A stretch of DNA of 47,193 bases from an uncultured Sangeribacter sp. (lineage in GTDB: Bacteria; Bacteroidota; Bacteroidia; Bacteroidales; Muribaculaceae): contig CAZMHE010000001.1 in the NCBI GenBank assembly GCA_964566015.1, forward strand, positions 1 to 47,193. The letters run 5' to 3'. Positions 27,561 to 37,839 of this stretch are shown here, piece after piece. Made by a program: the position numbers and the translations under genes. The notes below the pieces were generated by a model that worked only from the letters and a program-made list of their open reading frames with translations, searched no databases and was not told the origin of the DNA. Each line of letters starts with the position of its first letter. The stretch's first letter is position 1.

Positions 27561-28175
27561 TTACTTGAGAATCTCGAGTGAGGCGGCACGCCCGGCATCG
27601 AAAGCCTCAAGATTCTGTGACACTATATTCTCACCCTTAGCTCCAAAGAGCATCCTGATACCATCTTTAAGCGCGTCTTCTCCGATCGGGAGCAACGGAG
27701 AGGAAGCTCCAAGTAGCACCATATTGCTACTTCTTGGAGATGCTTTCTGCTTGGCAATCGTATCCATATCAAGAGAGATTACCTTAATCGGGAACGACTC
27801 ATCATTACCGACCCCAATTAAAGCCTTTTTCAACTCCTCCTCCGACGGATAGTCAGGAATATTAATAAATGGTGTGGTATTGGTGACTATACAACCACCC
27901 CTCTTGAGATAAGGCAGATACCTGAGAGCCTCCATCGGCTCAAGTGAAATGATTATGTCGGCCTCTCCGAGGGGAATAAGGTCGGATGCTATCGGGCGGT
28001 CGGAGAGTCTCAGGTTTGACTGCACGTCTCCCCCACGCTGACTCATGCCGTGTACTTCCGCCTGCTTTATATATAGATCACCCTTTAGGGCAGCGGCCCC
28101 GATTATCGTTGCAATGGAAAGGATACCTTGTCCCCCCACACCTGCCAAAATTATATCTGTTTTCATGGCTGTCAT
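27561..28175 (-). CDS. iorB: Indolepyruvate ferredoxin oxidoreductase subunit beta
   Basis: AGVGGQG, EVHGMSQRGG, LEPMEALR, NMVLLGA; ATG 28175 overlaps the iorA stop. Confidence 0.92.
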   Translation of the reverse strand: MTAMKTDIILAGVGGQGILSIATIIGAAALKGDLYIKQAEVHGMSQRGGDVQSNLRLSDRPIASDLIPLGEADIIISLEPMEALRYLPYLKRGGCIVTNTTPFINIPDYPSEEELKKALIGVGNDESFPIKVISLDMDTIAKQKASPRSSNMVLLGASSPLLPIGEDALKDGIRMLFGAKGENIVSQNLEAFDAGRAASLEILK

Positions 28176-29797
28176 TTTTTCTTGGATGCATGTCGGCGTG
28201 CAGTCTGGATACATTCTCTTCTCGATACTATCACAGACAACCCTTTGTGGTCAATCTCATGCTTGAAAAGACGCTTCATCTCCTCATGATTCTTCGGGAG
28301 TGAATCGATAGTGTGAAGATGATCCGGAGAAACTCCTAATCCAAGACAGATATTCTCGATTTTGCCCGTACCCTGTGAATCCTGGCCACCTGTCATGCCG
28401 GTCGTGAGGTTATCGGAGATAATCACAAGGATATCCGAATCCTCATTGACGGCATCAAGCAGGCCTGTCATGCCGGAATGGGTGAATGTTGAATCACCTA
28501 TGATTGCTACAGCCGGGTGTTGACCTGCATCGGATGCCCCCTTTGCCATTGTGATTGAGGCTCCCATGTCCACACAAGTGTCAATCGCGTTGAAAGGTGA
28601 CAGGAATCCGAGTGTGTAGCATCCGATGTCACCGAAAACCTTCGGGTTGTCATACTCCTTCAACACTTCATTGAGGGCATGATATACATCTCTGTGTCCG
28701 CAACCCTGACATAGGGCAGGCGGTCTGGGCTTCGTCACACTGCTCTCACCTTTCAGTTCCTCTTCCTTAAGGCCATGACCATCGGGAAGGGCGTTCACCA
28801 GGGCTGACTTCACGTTGTCGGGAGTAAGTTCTCCGGTGCGCACCACCTCGCCGGTCATTTTACCCATGATCCGGCCTGAATCGTCAAGAATACCCCTGAC
28901 CTTATTCTCAATAAATGGCTGACCCTCCTCGAGAATGAGGATACGGTCACACTCATCAAACAGTTTCCTGATCAGATCGACAGGAAGAGGATATTGTGAA
29001 ACCTTTACGGTGGGAAACGGCACTCCCGCCGGATATGCCTCCTTAAGATAGTTGACCGCTATTCCCGAAGTAATGATTCCGAGTCGTTTGTCATCACCCT
29101 CAATATAGTTATTAAACGGTGATTCTGACGATAATTTCTTCAACTCCTCGAATTGCTTTACAACCACTTTATTTCTCTCTCGTGAAACACCGGGCATCAA
29201 CACCCATTGCCTTGCAGATACGGGATAATGAAAGTCATTCTCATCGCAAGGCGTCTCTGCTGTCTCAACCGCCGCACGACTATGACTCAGACGCGTCACC
29301 ATCCTGACAAGGACCGGCAGACCCGTTTCTTCCGACAGTCGGAAACCATATGAAGCCATACGGTATGCCTCATCCTGATCGGAGGGTTCAAGAACCGGCA
29401 GCATGGCGAAATCGGCATAGAAGCGGGAATCCTGTTCATTCTGAGAGCTGTGCATCGAAGGATCGTCAGCCGAAATTACAAGCAAACCACCGTTTGCCCC
29501 TGTCATTGCTGAATTTACAAATGGATCGGCTGCCACGTTGAGGCCGACGTGTTTCATGGCCACTATGGCACGCTTCCCGCAGAATGACATTCCGAGAGCC
29601 TCCTCCATGGCGGTCTTCTCGTTGGTGGACCAATGGGAATGTATACCCCTCTCCTTAGCCACCGGGGAATGTTGAATATATTCCATGATTTCCGTGGAGG
29701 GAGTTCCGGGGTAGGCGTAGGCTCCCGACAACCCGGCATCTATGGCTCCGAGTGCAAGGGCCTCATCTCCCAATAGCAGTTGTTTGCTTTTTTTCAT
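28172..29797 (-). CDS. iorA: Indolepyruvate ferredoxin oxidoreductase subunit alpha
   Basis: YPGTPSTEI, MKHVGLNVAAD, SSQNEQDSR, LCQGCGHR, TPP motif GDSTFTHSG...DN; start MKKSK at 29797. Confidence 0.93.
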   Translation of the reverse strand: MKKSKQLLLGDEALALGAIDAGLSGAYAYPGTPSTEIMEYIQHSPVAKERGIHSHWSTNEKTAMEEALGMSFCGKRAIVAMKHVGLNVAADPFVNSAMTGANGGLLVISADDPSMHSSQNEQDSRFYADFAMLPVLEPSDQDEAYRMASYGFRLSEETGLPVLVRMVTRLSHSRAAVETAETPCDENDFHYPVSARQWVLMPGVSRERNKVVVKQFEELKKLSSESPFNNYIEGDDKRLGIITSGIAVNYLKEAYPAGVPFPTVKVSQYPLPVDLIRKLFDECDRILILEEGQPFIENKVRGILDDSGRIMGKMTGEVVRTGELTPDNVKSALVNALPDGHGLKEEELKGESSVTKPRPPALCQGCGHRDVYHALNEVLKEYDNPKVFGDIGCYTLGFLSPFNAIDTCVDMGASITMAKGASDAGQHPAVAIIGDSTFTHSGMTGLLDAVNEDSDILVIISDNLTTGMTGGQDSQGTGKIENICLGLGVSPDHLHTIDSLPKNHEEMKRLFKHEIDHKGLSVIVSRRECIQTARRHASKKK

Positions 29798-29883
29798 GAT
29801 CAGAATGAGAGTAAATGGTACAATTTCCGGATTTATCTCTGTCGCAACCGGCATAAGCCGGACAACATCGAATCTTTATTCTG

Positions 29884-29915
29884 CAAATATAAAGTTTTAC
29901 CTCGATTCCTACAAA
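29884..29915 (-). promoter_or_regulatory. Sigma-A promoter of the ior operon
   Basis: TTTG (29915-29912), 20-nt spacer, TATATTTG (29891-29884). Confidence 0.65.
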
Positions 29916-30017
29916 TATTATCCCATAAAACCTCTAATGAAATCTAAGGAATCGCGATAATGCAAATTATCACTTATCTTTTCCCGGAATTATACCCTGA
30001 AACCGGATATAATTTAT

Positions 30018-30025
30018 TATATTTG
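30018..30025 (+). promoter_or_regulatory. -7 promoter element of the S1/P1 nuclease-uvrD operon
   Basis: TATATTTG about 75 nt upstream of ATG 30100. Confidence 0.5.
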
Positions 30026-30099
30026 TAGTCTGTTTCGCATCCGGGAATGCATCATCGTTTCCGGAGACACAAAGCTAATCACTGATTCTTAACATAATA

Positions 30100-30912
30100 A
30101 TGACACGACAGGTTTTAACGGCAGCACTTCTCGGCATGGTTTCCCTCCAGGCATTTCCCTGGGGTCAGAAAGGACATGACACAACCGCTTTTATTGCAGA
30201 ACAGCACCTGACCCCGGCAACAAAGGCAGCGGTTGAACAGATTCTCGATGGCAAATCCATAGTCTATTATTCAAACTGGCTTGACAATGCCTCGCACACC
30301 CCTGAATATGAATGGACAAAGACATGGCACTACAAGAATATCGATGCCGATAAAACCTATGAAAATGCCCCGCTGAATGAAAAGGGCGACGTGGTGAGCG
30401 CCATCTATCAGCAGACTGATATCCTCAAGAAGCCTGATGCTTCAGATGAGGAGCGCCGGCTCGCCCTGAAGATTATCGTGCATCTCGTGGGAGACATTCA
30501 TCAGCCCATGCACATGGGGCGTCTTTCCGACTTAGGTGGCAACCGACATCGGGTCGCATACTTCGACCGTTCCTCAAACCTTCATTCTGTCTGGGACAGT
30601 TCATTGCCTGAAAGTGCCCACAAATGGAGCTACACCGAATGGCAGAATCAGATTGACCGACTTTCCGAGAAAGATGCCTTGGATATTATAGATGGTGGCA
30701 ATCCTGACAGTTGGGGAAAGGAAACTTATGGAGTGGCATGTCAGGTCTATGAAGGCACGCCCGAAAACTCCAAGATCGAATACAACTACATCGCCCGCTG
30801 GACCCCGACAATCGAACAGCAATTCCTCAAAGGGGGGCTCCGTCTCGCCGACCTTCTCAATTCAATCTTTGATCCGGACTACGTAGACAGGAATTCTTTC
30901 GTCAGGAAATGA
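30100..30912 (+). CDS. S1/P1 nuclease, secreted
   Basis: Signal peptide then mature N-terminal WGQKGH; WLD, WHY, HLVGDIHQPMH, LHSVWD. Confidence 0.93.
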   Translation: MTRQVLTAALLGMVSLQAFPWGQKGHDTTAFIAEQHLTPATKAAVEQILDGKSIVYYSNWLDNASHTPEYEWTKTWHYKNIDADKTYENAPLNEKGDVVSAIYQQTDILKKPDASDEERRLALKIIVHLVGDIHQPMHMGRLSDLGGNRHRVAYFDRSSNLHSVWDSSLPESAHKWSYTEWQNQIDRLSEKDALDIIDGGNPDSWGKETYGVACQVYEGTPENSKIEYNYIARWTPTIEQQFLKGGLRLADLLNSIFDPDYVDRNSFVRK

Positions 30913-31391
30913 ATATCGGTTTCCCAAAGCTGAATCTACCTTTCACGCAGGTGAAGGTCAAGGAGGTTGACAACACCCTCAAGATTTTTGACCCGATACG
31001 GAAAAAATACATTGCGCTGACACCGGAGGAGTTCGTGAGAAGACAATTCACGGGGTGGCTTACCGATCATCTCGGTTATCCTGTCTCCCTCATGGCCAAT
31101 GAAATCGGCATCGAACTTAACGGAACCAAGAAAAGATGCGACACAGTCGTGTTCGGTCCCGACGGGCAACGTTTCATGATCGTGGAGTATAAAGCGCCCG
31201 ATGTGAATATCACACAGGAGGTCTTTGACCAGATTGTGCGCTATAACCTTGTGCTTCGGGCCGGTTGCCTCACCGTCTCCAACGGTCTGAGCCATTATTG
31301 CTGCACAGTCGATTATGATTCCGGAAGAGTCAGGTTTCTCCCTAATGTTCCGGATTTCAAGACCTTAAAAATGTTAAACGGTTTCAGATGA
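30909..31391 (+). CDS. Stand-alone type I restriction enzyme HsdR N-terminal domain protein
   Basis: IFDPIRKKYIALTPEEFVR, RCDTVV...IVEYKAP, DQIVRYN, SNG. Confidence 0.88.
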   Translation: MNIGFPKLNLPFTQVKVKEVDNTLKIFDPIRKKYIALTPEEFVRRQFTGWLTDHLGYPVSLMANEIGIELNGTKKRCDTVVFGPDGQRFMIVEYKAPDVNITQEVFDQIVRYNLVLRAGCLTVSNGLSHYCCTVDYDSGRVRFLPNVPDFKTLKMLNGFR

Positions 31392-33757
31392 ATCCAGAAG
31401 ATAACAACAAAGTAAACTATAATTACCTCGACCTTCTAAATCCACAGCAACGTGAAGCTGTCGTCTACAAGGATGGGCCGTCTCTTGTAATTGCAGGCGC
31501 CGGCTCCGGCAAGACTCGTGTGCTTACGTATAAGGTGGTCGACCTCCTGCGCAACGGTTTCGAACCTTACCGGATTCTTGCGCTGACCTTCACCAATAAA
31601 GCTGCGCGGGAGATGCGGGAACGTATCACATCGATTGTAGGGGAAAGGGTAGCTTCCAAGATATGGATGGGCACTTTCCACTCGATATTCCTACGTATTC
31701 TCCGCTCACATGCGGAGGAAATTGGTTTCCGCCCGGGTTTCACGATTTATGATTCCGCCGACTCCCGTTCCTTGATAAAAATGATCATCAAGGAGATGGA
31801 ACTCGACGAGAAGGCATATAAACCGGCAACCGTGGCAGCTCTCATCTCCAATGCCAAGAACGCGATGATCTCGCCGCGTAAATATCGCGAAGACCGTTCA
31901 AATTACGAGAACGACAAGCGTGCGAAGCGTCCCCTGCTTGGTGAAATCTACGAGCGTTATTGCTCACGTTGCAAGATAGCCAACGCCATGGATTTCGATG
32001 ATATCCTTGTTTACATGAATACACTCCTGAGAGATTTCCCCGACATACGCCGGCATTATCAGGAGTTTTTCCGCTATATCCTCGTGGATGAGTATCAGGA
32101 TACCAACTTCGCCCAGCATCTCGTAATCTCACAACTTTCAGGCGAACGTAAACGCCTCTGTGTCGTCGGCGACGACGCTCAAAGCATTTACTCTTTCCGA
32201 GGCGCTGACATCAACAATATACTCGGTCTTGAACAGAGGTATCCGGGACTACGGATCTTCAAACTCGAGCGTAATTACAGGTCTACCCAAAATATCATTG
32301 ACGCGGCCGGGAGCCTTATCGCAAAAAACACCCGGCAGATGCGCAAGAACGTCTACAGCGAGAATGACAAGGGGGATCCTGTAGAAGTGATTAAGACATA
32401 CAGCGACATGGAGGAGGCCTTTATGGTGGCCAATCTGATCAGCCGCTCGAAACTTACTCATCATGACAGCCTCGACGAATACGCCATCCTTTACCGTACC
32501 AACGCACAATCGCGTGTCCTTGAGGAGTCTCTGAGGAAGCGAAACATAGCCTATCGGATATATGGTGGCCTCTCTTTCTATCAGCGTAAGGAGGTGAAAG
32601 ACATGATAGCCTATTTCCGTCTCAGTATAAATCCTGACGACGACGAAGCGTTAAGGCGCATTATTAATTATCCGGCACGCGGCATAGGCGAGACGACCCT
32701 GAAGCGACTCCAGACGACAGCCGCGGCTGAGAACAAAAGTCTTTGGGGCGTCATCTCTTCATCCGACCTTAAGGGCGCCGGCTTGAATAACGCTGCCATC
32801 ACCAAGCTTGAAAATTTCCGCTCTCTGATAGAGGTGTTCATTAAAGATAATAATGAGGGAGCAAACGCTTATGAACTCGGACAACTGATCTATAACCGCA
32901 CCGGGATCCTGACCCTGTTGGCTCATGATTCCACACCGGAAAGCATCAGCCGTCAGGAGAACCTGTCAGAGATTCTGTCCGGTCTTAAGGATTTCGTCGA
33001 TCTGCGTGAACAGACAGGAGAGGGAGAGCGCGACATGAGGGCATTCCTCTCTGAAGTGATGCTCGCAACGGATCAGGATGCTCAGGAGGATGACGACCAG
33101 CCTAAGGTAACGCTTATGACCGTCCACGCCGCAAAGGGACTTGAATTTAAACATGTCTATGTGGTGGGAGTGGAAGAAGATCTTTTCCCGTCTGCCATGA
33201 GTCAGAACTCACTCGCCGAGGTTGAGGAGGAACGCCGTCTCCTTTACGTGGCGATAACTCGCGCCAAAATGACCTGCACCCTTACTTATGCAGGCTCGAG
33301 ATTCAGGAATGGCCAGACTGTAATGACCAGACCGTCACGTTTCCTCGGCGATATCGACACCCGGTACCTACACCTCAGCATGTCTGGGAATATGTCTGAC
33401 TCAGCTTCCCCTTTCATAAATCCGACCAAAGGCTACTCTTCAGGATTCTCATCATTCGGAAGCTCATCGGTGAGATCAGGAAGAAGCGATTATTCCCACT
33501 CTTCCAAATCTTCCTCATCTCCTCTCTCTGCCGGGATGAAAAAAATCAACGACAGCATGGGGACCGGCTCGGGAATACGTCCGCAACATACTCTCAATGA
33601 AATCGCAATAGGAACAAGAATCCGTCATGACCGTTTCGGAAGCGGGAAAATCACTGCTATCAGCCAGATCTCAGGAGAAGACATGATCACTGTTGATTTC
33701 GGCGTTGTCGGTATAAAGAAACTACTTCTCAAATTTGCAAAATTCAAGATTGAATAA
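31388..33757 (+). CDS. uvrD: UvrD/PcrA superfamily I DNA helicase
   Basis: AGAGSGKT, TFTNKAA, VDEYQDTN, GDDAQSIYSFRGA, HAAKGLEF, EEERRLLYVAITRA; C-terminal Tudor-like domain. Confidence 0.95.
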   Translation: MNPEDNNKVNYNYLDLLNPQQREAVVYKDGPSLVIAGAGSGKTRVLTYKVVDLLRNGFEPYRILALTFTNKAAREMRERITSIVGERVASKIWMGTFHSIFLRILRSHAEEIGFRPGFTIYDSADSRSLIKMIIKEMELDEKAYKPATVAALISNAKNAMISPRKYREDRSNYENDKRAKRPLLGEIYERYCSRCKIANAMDFDDILVYMNTLLRDFPDIRRHYQEFFRYILVDEYQDTNFAQHLVISQLSGERKRLCVVGDDAQSIYSFRGADINNILGLEQRYPGLRIFKLERNYRSTQNIIDAAGSLIAKNTRQMRKNVYSENDKGDPVEVIKTYSDMEEAFMVANLISRSKLTHHDSLDEYAILYRTNAQSRVLEESLRKRNIAYRIYGGLSFYQRKEVKDMIAYFRLSINPDDDEALRRIINYPARGIGETTLKRLQTTAAAENKSLWGVISSSDLKGAGLNNAAITKLENFRSLIEVFIKDNNEGANAYELGQLIYNRTGILTLLAHDSTPESISRQENLSEILSGLKDFVDLREQTGEGERDMRAFLSEVMLATDQDAQEDDDQPKVTLMTVHAAKGLEFKHVYVVGVEEDLFPSAMSQNSLAEVEEERRLLYVAITRAKMTCTLTYAGSRFRNGQTVMTRPSRFLGDIDTRYLHLSMSGNMSDSASPFINPTKGYSSGFSSFGSSSVRSGRSDYSHSSKSSSSPLSAGMKKINDSMGTGSGIRPQHTLNEIAIGTRIRHDRFGSGKITAISQISGEDMITVDFGVVGIKKLLLKFAKFKIE

Positions 33758-34902
33758 TGATGATTCAGACACCATATTATATTGTTTACGAAGACCGGCT
33801 CAGGAAGAATCTATCCCTCATCAAGGAGGTTTCCGAAAAGGGAGACGTGGATATAATCATGGCTTTCAAAGCCAATGCCCTGTGGAAAACTTTCCCCATC
33901 ATCAGGGAATATATCAATTCATCCACAGCAAGTTCAATAAATGAGATGCGCCTCTCCCACGATTATCTCGGAGGAGATGTCCACGCCTATTGTCCTGTCT
34001 ATACGGATGCTACCTTCCCGGAATTTCTTAAAGGAAGCACCCAAATCACATTTAACTCCCTTGCACAATTCGAGAAATTCTATCCCCGGGTCAAGGAATA
34101 CAATTCCCTTCATCCGGACAGACAGGTCTCATGCGGGCTCCGCGTCAATCCTCATTGCAGCGTGATCGAGACGGATATCTATAATCCATGTATTCCGGGA
34201 AGCCGTTTCGGCGTAAATGCTTCAGACCTGCCGGAGACATTGCCCGAAGGTCTTGATGGATTTCACTTCCACGCTCTCTGTGAATCTTCAAGCTATGATC
34301 TGGAGAAAGTGCTCGAGGCATTGAAGGAGCAGTTCGGTCACTGGCTGCCGAAATTAAAATGGCTCAATATGGGTGGCGGACACCTGATGACACGCAAGGA
34401 TTATGACACTGAACACCTCGTTTCCCTGCTGAATAACCTCCACAGGGAGTTTCCTAATCTTAAACTGATTATGGAGCCGGGAAGCGCTTTTACATGGCAG
34501 ACCGGCGATCTTGTCACTGAGGTGCTTGATGTGGTTGAGGATTCCGGTATACGCACCGGCATAATTGACGCCTCATTCGCCTGTCATATGCCTGACTGCC
34601 TCGAGATGCCTTATAAACCGGCAATCGCGGAGGCCCTTCCAGATGATGCCGCAGAGGGTCTGGCCTACCGTCTCGGAGGTAACTCCTGTCTTAGCGGAGA
34701 CTTCGTGGGAGACTGGAAGTTTGCAAAACCACTTCAACCCGGACAGAGACTCACACTCCTTGACATGAATCATTATACTACTGTCAAGACCAACATGTTC
34801 AACGGAATCCAACACCCCTCGATCTGGCTTCAACCCGAGAAAGGTGAACCGGTCCTTCTCAGGGAATTTACCTATGAGGATTATCGCACAAGAATGGACT
34901 GA
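33757..34902 (+). CDS. nspC: Carboxynorspermidine decarboxylase
   Basis: AFKA (PLP Lys), YNPC...SRFG, HFHALCE, NMGGGH, HMPDCLEMPY, SCLSGD, HYTTVKTNMFNG. Confidence 0.93.
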   Translation: MMIQTPYYIVYEDRLRKNLSLIKEVSEKGDVDIIMAFKANALWKTFPIIREYINSSTASSINEMRLSHDYLGGDVHAYCPVYTDATFPEFLKGSTQITFNSLAQFEKFYPRVKEYNSLHPDRQVSCGLRVNPHCSVIETDIYNPCIPGSRFGVNASDLPETLPEGLDGFHFHALCESSSYDLEKVLEALKEQFGHWLPKLKWLNMGGGHLMTRKDYDTEHLVSLLNNLHREFPNLKLIMEPGSAFTWQTGDLVTEVLDVVEDSGIRTGIIDASFACHMPDCLEMPYKPAIAEALPDDAAEGLAYRLGGNSCLSGDFVGDWKFAKPLQPGQRLTLLDMNHYTTVKTNMFNGIQHPSIWLQPEKGEPVLLREFTYEDYRTRMD

Positions 34903-34912
34903 ACGGAAATAT

Positions 34913-35602
34913 TCAGAAGCTGATTCTACCCTTCTTGGCCTGTTCAACCATCTTGGTGCCGGGAATCAGATAGATCTCCAGACGACGGTTTTTCCTACGG
35001 TTGTCCATTGAATCATTGGGCTTCAAAGGCATATCGTCGCCGAGGGCATATGAGAAAAGATAGCGGGTGTCAGATCCTGAGCCCTCAAACCAATCGAAAA
35101 CAGTGTTGACCCTGTCAGCCGTGAGTTGTTCACGGTAAGGTTCGGAGCCGGTATTATCGGTGTGCATCACAAGCATGACGCGATACATATCCGGCTCCTT
35201 CAGGTATCTGCGTATGGGAGCCAGATAATCGGCCGCTCCCTGCTTGAGATGAGTCTCGTTGGGGTTGAAAAGAAGATGTGCCGGGATGGTGACGAGAAGA
35301 ACCTCCTTATTTCGGTAAGCCTCTACGGTACATTCCCCTTTAGGATTGTATTTCCCGTTCAGGAGACGCGTCTTACCCTCCTTAGCCTGAAACTTCTGAA
35401 TAAGCTCACTTCCCTTTTCCGTATCAACCGAATTAAGCATCTCGATGAAGTCCATATCATCAAGCTTCTCGATACGCGCCCGAGAATTTTCCTCACTTAA
35501 TGCAGGCAACGCAGTGAGGAATAGTGCGGACGCAGCCGCTATAACCCTTACCTTCGAAGGTTTAAACAAAATCTTCAAGAGATTCTTCATAGTCAAGTTC
35601 AC
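34913..35602 (-). CDS. OmpA family (peptidoglycan-binding domain) protein
   Basis: HTDNTG...LTADR...NRRLEI; signal-like N-terminus; start may be ATG 35590. Confidence 0.85.
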   Translation of the reverse strand: MNLTMKNLLKILFKPSKVRVIAAASALFLTALPALSEENSRARIEKLDDMDFIEMLNSVDTEKGSELIQKFQAKEGKTRLLNGKYNPKGECTVEAYRNKEVLLVTIPAHLLFNPNETHLKQGAADYLAPIRRYLKEPDMYRVMLVMHTDNTGSEPYREQLTADRVNTVFDWFEGSGSDTRYLFSYALGDDMPLKPNDSMDNRRKNRRLEIYLIPGTKMVEQAKKGRISF

Positions 35603-35885
35603 CCTTCACGACGAGTTCCACATCTTTGGGGTCCATGATGAGCTCCTCGTCGTTTTTCACTTCCTTTTTTACGTATTTCACAAGATCATCCACATCGAGG
35701 ACCTCATCTTCCGTTTCATCAAGATTGAGGGAAAGGAAACCTTTCTTCTCATAGTAATCCCAGATGATGTCAACGATGCAGAGTATCTCATCATCATCAT
35801 ATTTCTTGGCGACTTCAGCCGGTAGTTCAGCGCGAATGAACTTCACCGCATCGTCCTCATCGAATTTATACTGCTGGTCTTCCAT
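35562..35885 (-). CDS. Acidic hypothetical protein
   Basis: 107-aa ORF co-oriented in the rimM operon with an A-rich translation initiation region. Confidence 0.75.
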   Translation of the reverse strand: MEDQQYKFDEDDAVKFIRAELPAEVAKKYDDDEILCIVDIIWDYYEKKGFLSLNLDETEDEVLDVDDLVKYVKKEVKNDEELIMDPKDVELVVKGELDYEESLEDFV

Positions 35886-35947
35886 CTCCTTGAGCTTTTT
35901 TATAAATTAAACATTAACCGGGGTATGGTTACCGGATAAATGACAAA

Positions 35948-36487
35948 TCAATTCAAGTCAATCAACCCCTCCGGCAGATTCATCAGAATCTTTCTCTCGT
36001 TCTCGTCGATCTTTTCAATAAACTCCTCCGCCGCCGGGATATACAGTTCATCTCCTGCGGGTGTCTTGACGATGAAGAGCAGGTTGGCTGTGGAACTGTC
36101 GACTCTTTCAATGCAACCGAGTGTATCTCCCTTCTCATTGTCCACAACAATGAATCCTTCCAAATCATCCTCATCGAGGATGTCATCCTCCTCCAGTTCG
36201 AGGAACGGAGCAAGTTCGGCTCTGCGTGCATATATCGTCTTGTTGACAAAAGCTCTTGCATCTTCCTCAGAGTTAATACCGTCAAGTTTCACCAGGAAAG
36301 AGGTATTCCCCTTGGGTCGGATTCCTTCTGCAAAAAAGGGCACGAACAAACCGTCAACGCTGACGATTGCCGCGTTCCCTTCCTCAAAAAATTCAGGATC
36401 TATATCAAGAATTGCATTGAGTTCACCCTTGAGCGCATGGGTCTTCTGAAATTTTCCCACCGCTGATAATTCCTTCTCTTCTATCAT
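35948..36487 (-). CDS. rimM: 16S rRNA processing protein RimM
   Basis: VGKFQKTHALKGEL N-domain, PRC barrel with LYIP, C-terminal LPEGL. Confidence 0.93.
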   Translation of the reverse strand: MIEEKELSAVGKFQKTHALKGELNAILDIDPEFFEEGNAAIVSVDGLFVPFFAEGIRPKGNTSFLVKLDGINSEEDARAFVNKTIYARRAELAPFLELEEDDILDEDDLEGFIVVDNEKGDTLGCIERVDSSTANLLFIVKTPAGDELYIPAAEEFIEKIDENERKILMNLPEGLIDLN

Positions 36488-36520
36488 CTTATTTAAGGCC
36501 GGACCCTTTAGTGGCCTGAC

Positions 36521-37834
36521 CTATTCTTCTATTCTAATGATTTTAGCGCCCAAACGGTTCAATCTTCTGTCGATCCGTTCGTAACCTCTATCAATCTGGT
36601 TGATATTCTGTATACGGCTCGTTCCCTTGGCTCCGAGTGCCGCTATGAGCATTGCTATACCGGCACGTATATCAGGCGATACCATGTTTGATCCGTGAAG
36701 GGAATGGAACTTGCCCGATCCGATGACGACTGCCCTATGAGGATCACAGAGAATAATCTGCGCACCCATATCGATGAGCTTGTCAACAAAGAAAAGGCGG
36801 CTCTCAAACATCTTCTGATGTATGAGGACACTCCCCTTGGCTTGAGTTGCCACAACAAGGAAGATACTCAATAAATCCGGAGAAAGACCGGGCCACGGGG
36901 CGTCGGCAAAGGTCATGATTGATCCGTCGATAAAAGGATCTATCTCATAGATCTCTTTCTGACAAACCCGGATGTCATCGCCACAGATCTCTAAGTGAAT
37001 CCCGAGCCTTGAAAAGGCATCAGGAATAATGCCGAGATGAGTGAGACTTACATTCTTGAGGGTAATATCAGATCCGGTCATGGCTGCCACACCGATGAAA
37101 CTGCCCACCTCAATCATATCCGGAAGCATTCTGTGTTCTGCTCCTCCGAGGGAAGAAACACCTTTGATAGTCAGAAGATTCGAACCAATACCATCAATTT
37201 TCGCACCCATGCTGACAAGCATCCTGCAAAGCTGCTGTATGTATGGTTCGCAGGCTGCGTTGTAGATCGTCGTGACTCCATCAGCAAGCACAGCGGCCAT
37301 GATTACATTTGCCGTTCCCGTCACACTGGCCTCGTCAAGAAGCATGTATGCTCCCTTCAATCCATCTGTGGCCTTGATATGGAAACAGGAGTCAGCGGGA
37401 TTGTATTCGAAATCCGCACCGAGCTTGCATAGTCCGAGAAAATGAGTGTCAAGTCTTCTCCGTCCGATCTGATCACCACCGGGTTTTGGCAATATCGCCT
37501 CTCCGCAACGAGCCAGAAGGGGTCCGATAATCATTACCGAACCACGAAGAGACGCAGCTTTTTTCCTGTATTTCTCAGAATGAAGATATTCCAGATCAAT
37601 CTCCTTAGCCTGAAAAGCGACCGTATCTCCTGAAATATTCTCCGTCTCCACACCCAACTCCTTGAGAAGAAGGATAAGATTCCTTATATCCGCGATGTCA
37701 GGGATATTGGATATTACGACCCTCTCCCGAGTGAGCAGAGTGGCACATATCACCTGCAGAGCCTCGTTCTTGGCGCCCTGCGGTGTGATCTCTCCTGAAA
37801 GCCGGTGTCCCCCTTCAACTATGAATGAGCTCAT
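36521..37834 (-). CDS. murA: UDP-N-acetylglucosamine 1-carboxyvinyltransferase
   Basis: GAKN, LRGS, PGGDQIGRR, SVTGT, PDMIE, DIRAG, IDRGY. Confidence 0.96.
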   Translation of the reverse strand: MSSFIVEGGHRLSGEITPQGAKNEALQVICATLLTRERVVISNIPDIADIRNLILLLKELGVETENISGDTVAFQAKEIDLEYLHSEKYRKKAASLRGSVMIIGPLLARCGEAILPKPGGDQIGRRRLDTHFLGLCKLGADFEYNPADSCFHIKATDGLKGAYMLLDEASVTGTANVIMAAVLADGVTTIYNAACEPYIQQLCRMLVSMGAKIDGIGSNLLTIKGVSSLGGAEHRMLPDMIEVGSFIGVAAMTGSDITLKNVSLTHLGIIPDAFSRLGIHLEICGDDIRVCQKEIYEIDPFIDGSIMTFADAPWPGLSPDLLSIFLVVATQAKGSVLIHQKMFESRLFFVDKLIDMGAQIILCDPHRAVVIGSGKFHSLHGSNMVSPDIRAGIAMLIAALGAKGTSRIQNINQIDRGYERIDRRLNRLGAKIIRIEE

Positions 37835-37839
37835 TATAC

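Noticed and set aside
30100-33757. S1/P1 nuclease + HsdR_N + UvrD as a nuclease-helicase defence system
   Set aside because: The nuclease has a signal peptide, stand-alone HsdR_N is common in Bacteroidetes, the helicase is a normal housekeeping PcrA/UvrD, no methylase or specificity subunit is present, and the operon continues into nspC
35940-36449. This and the many other short overlapping ORFs in the track (e.g. 43853-44410, 40249-40734, 16225-16689)
   Set aside because: They lie antisense or out of frame within well-supported genes and have no recognisable motifs
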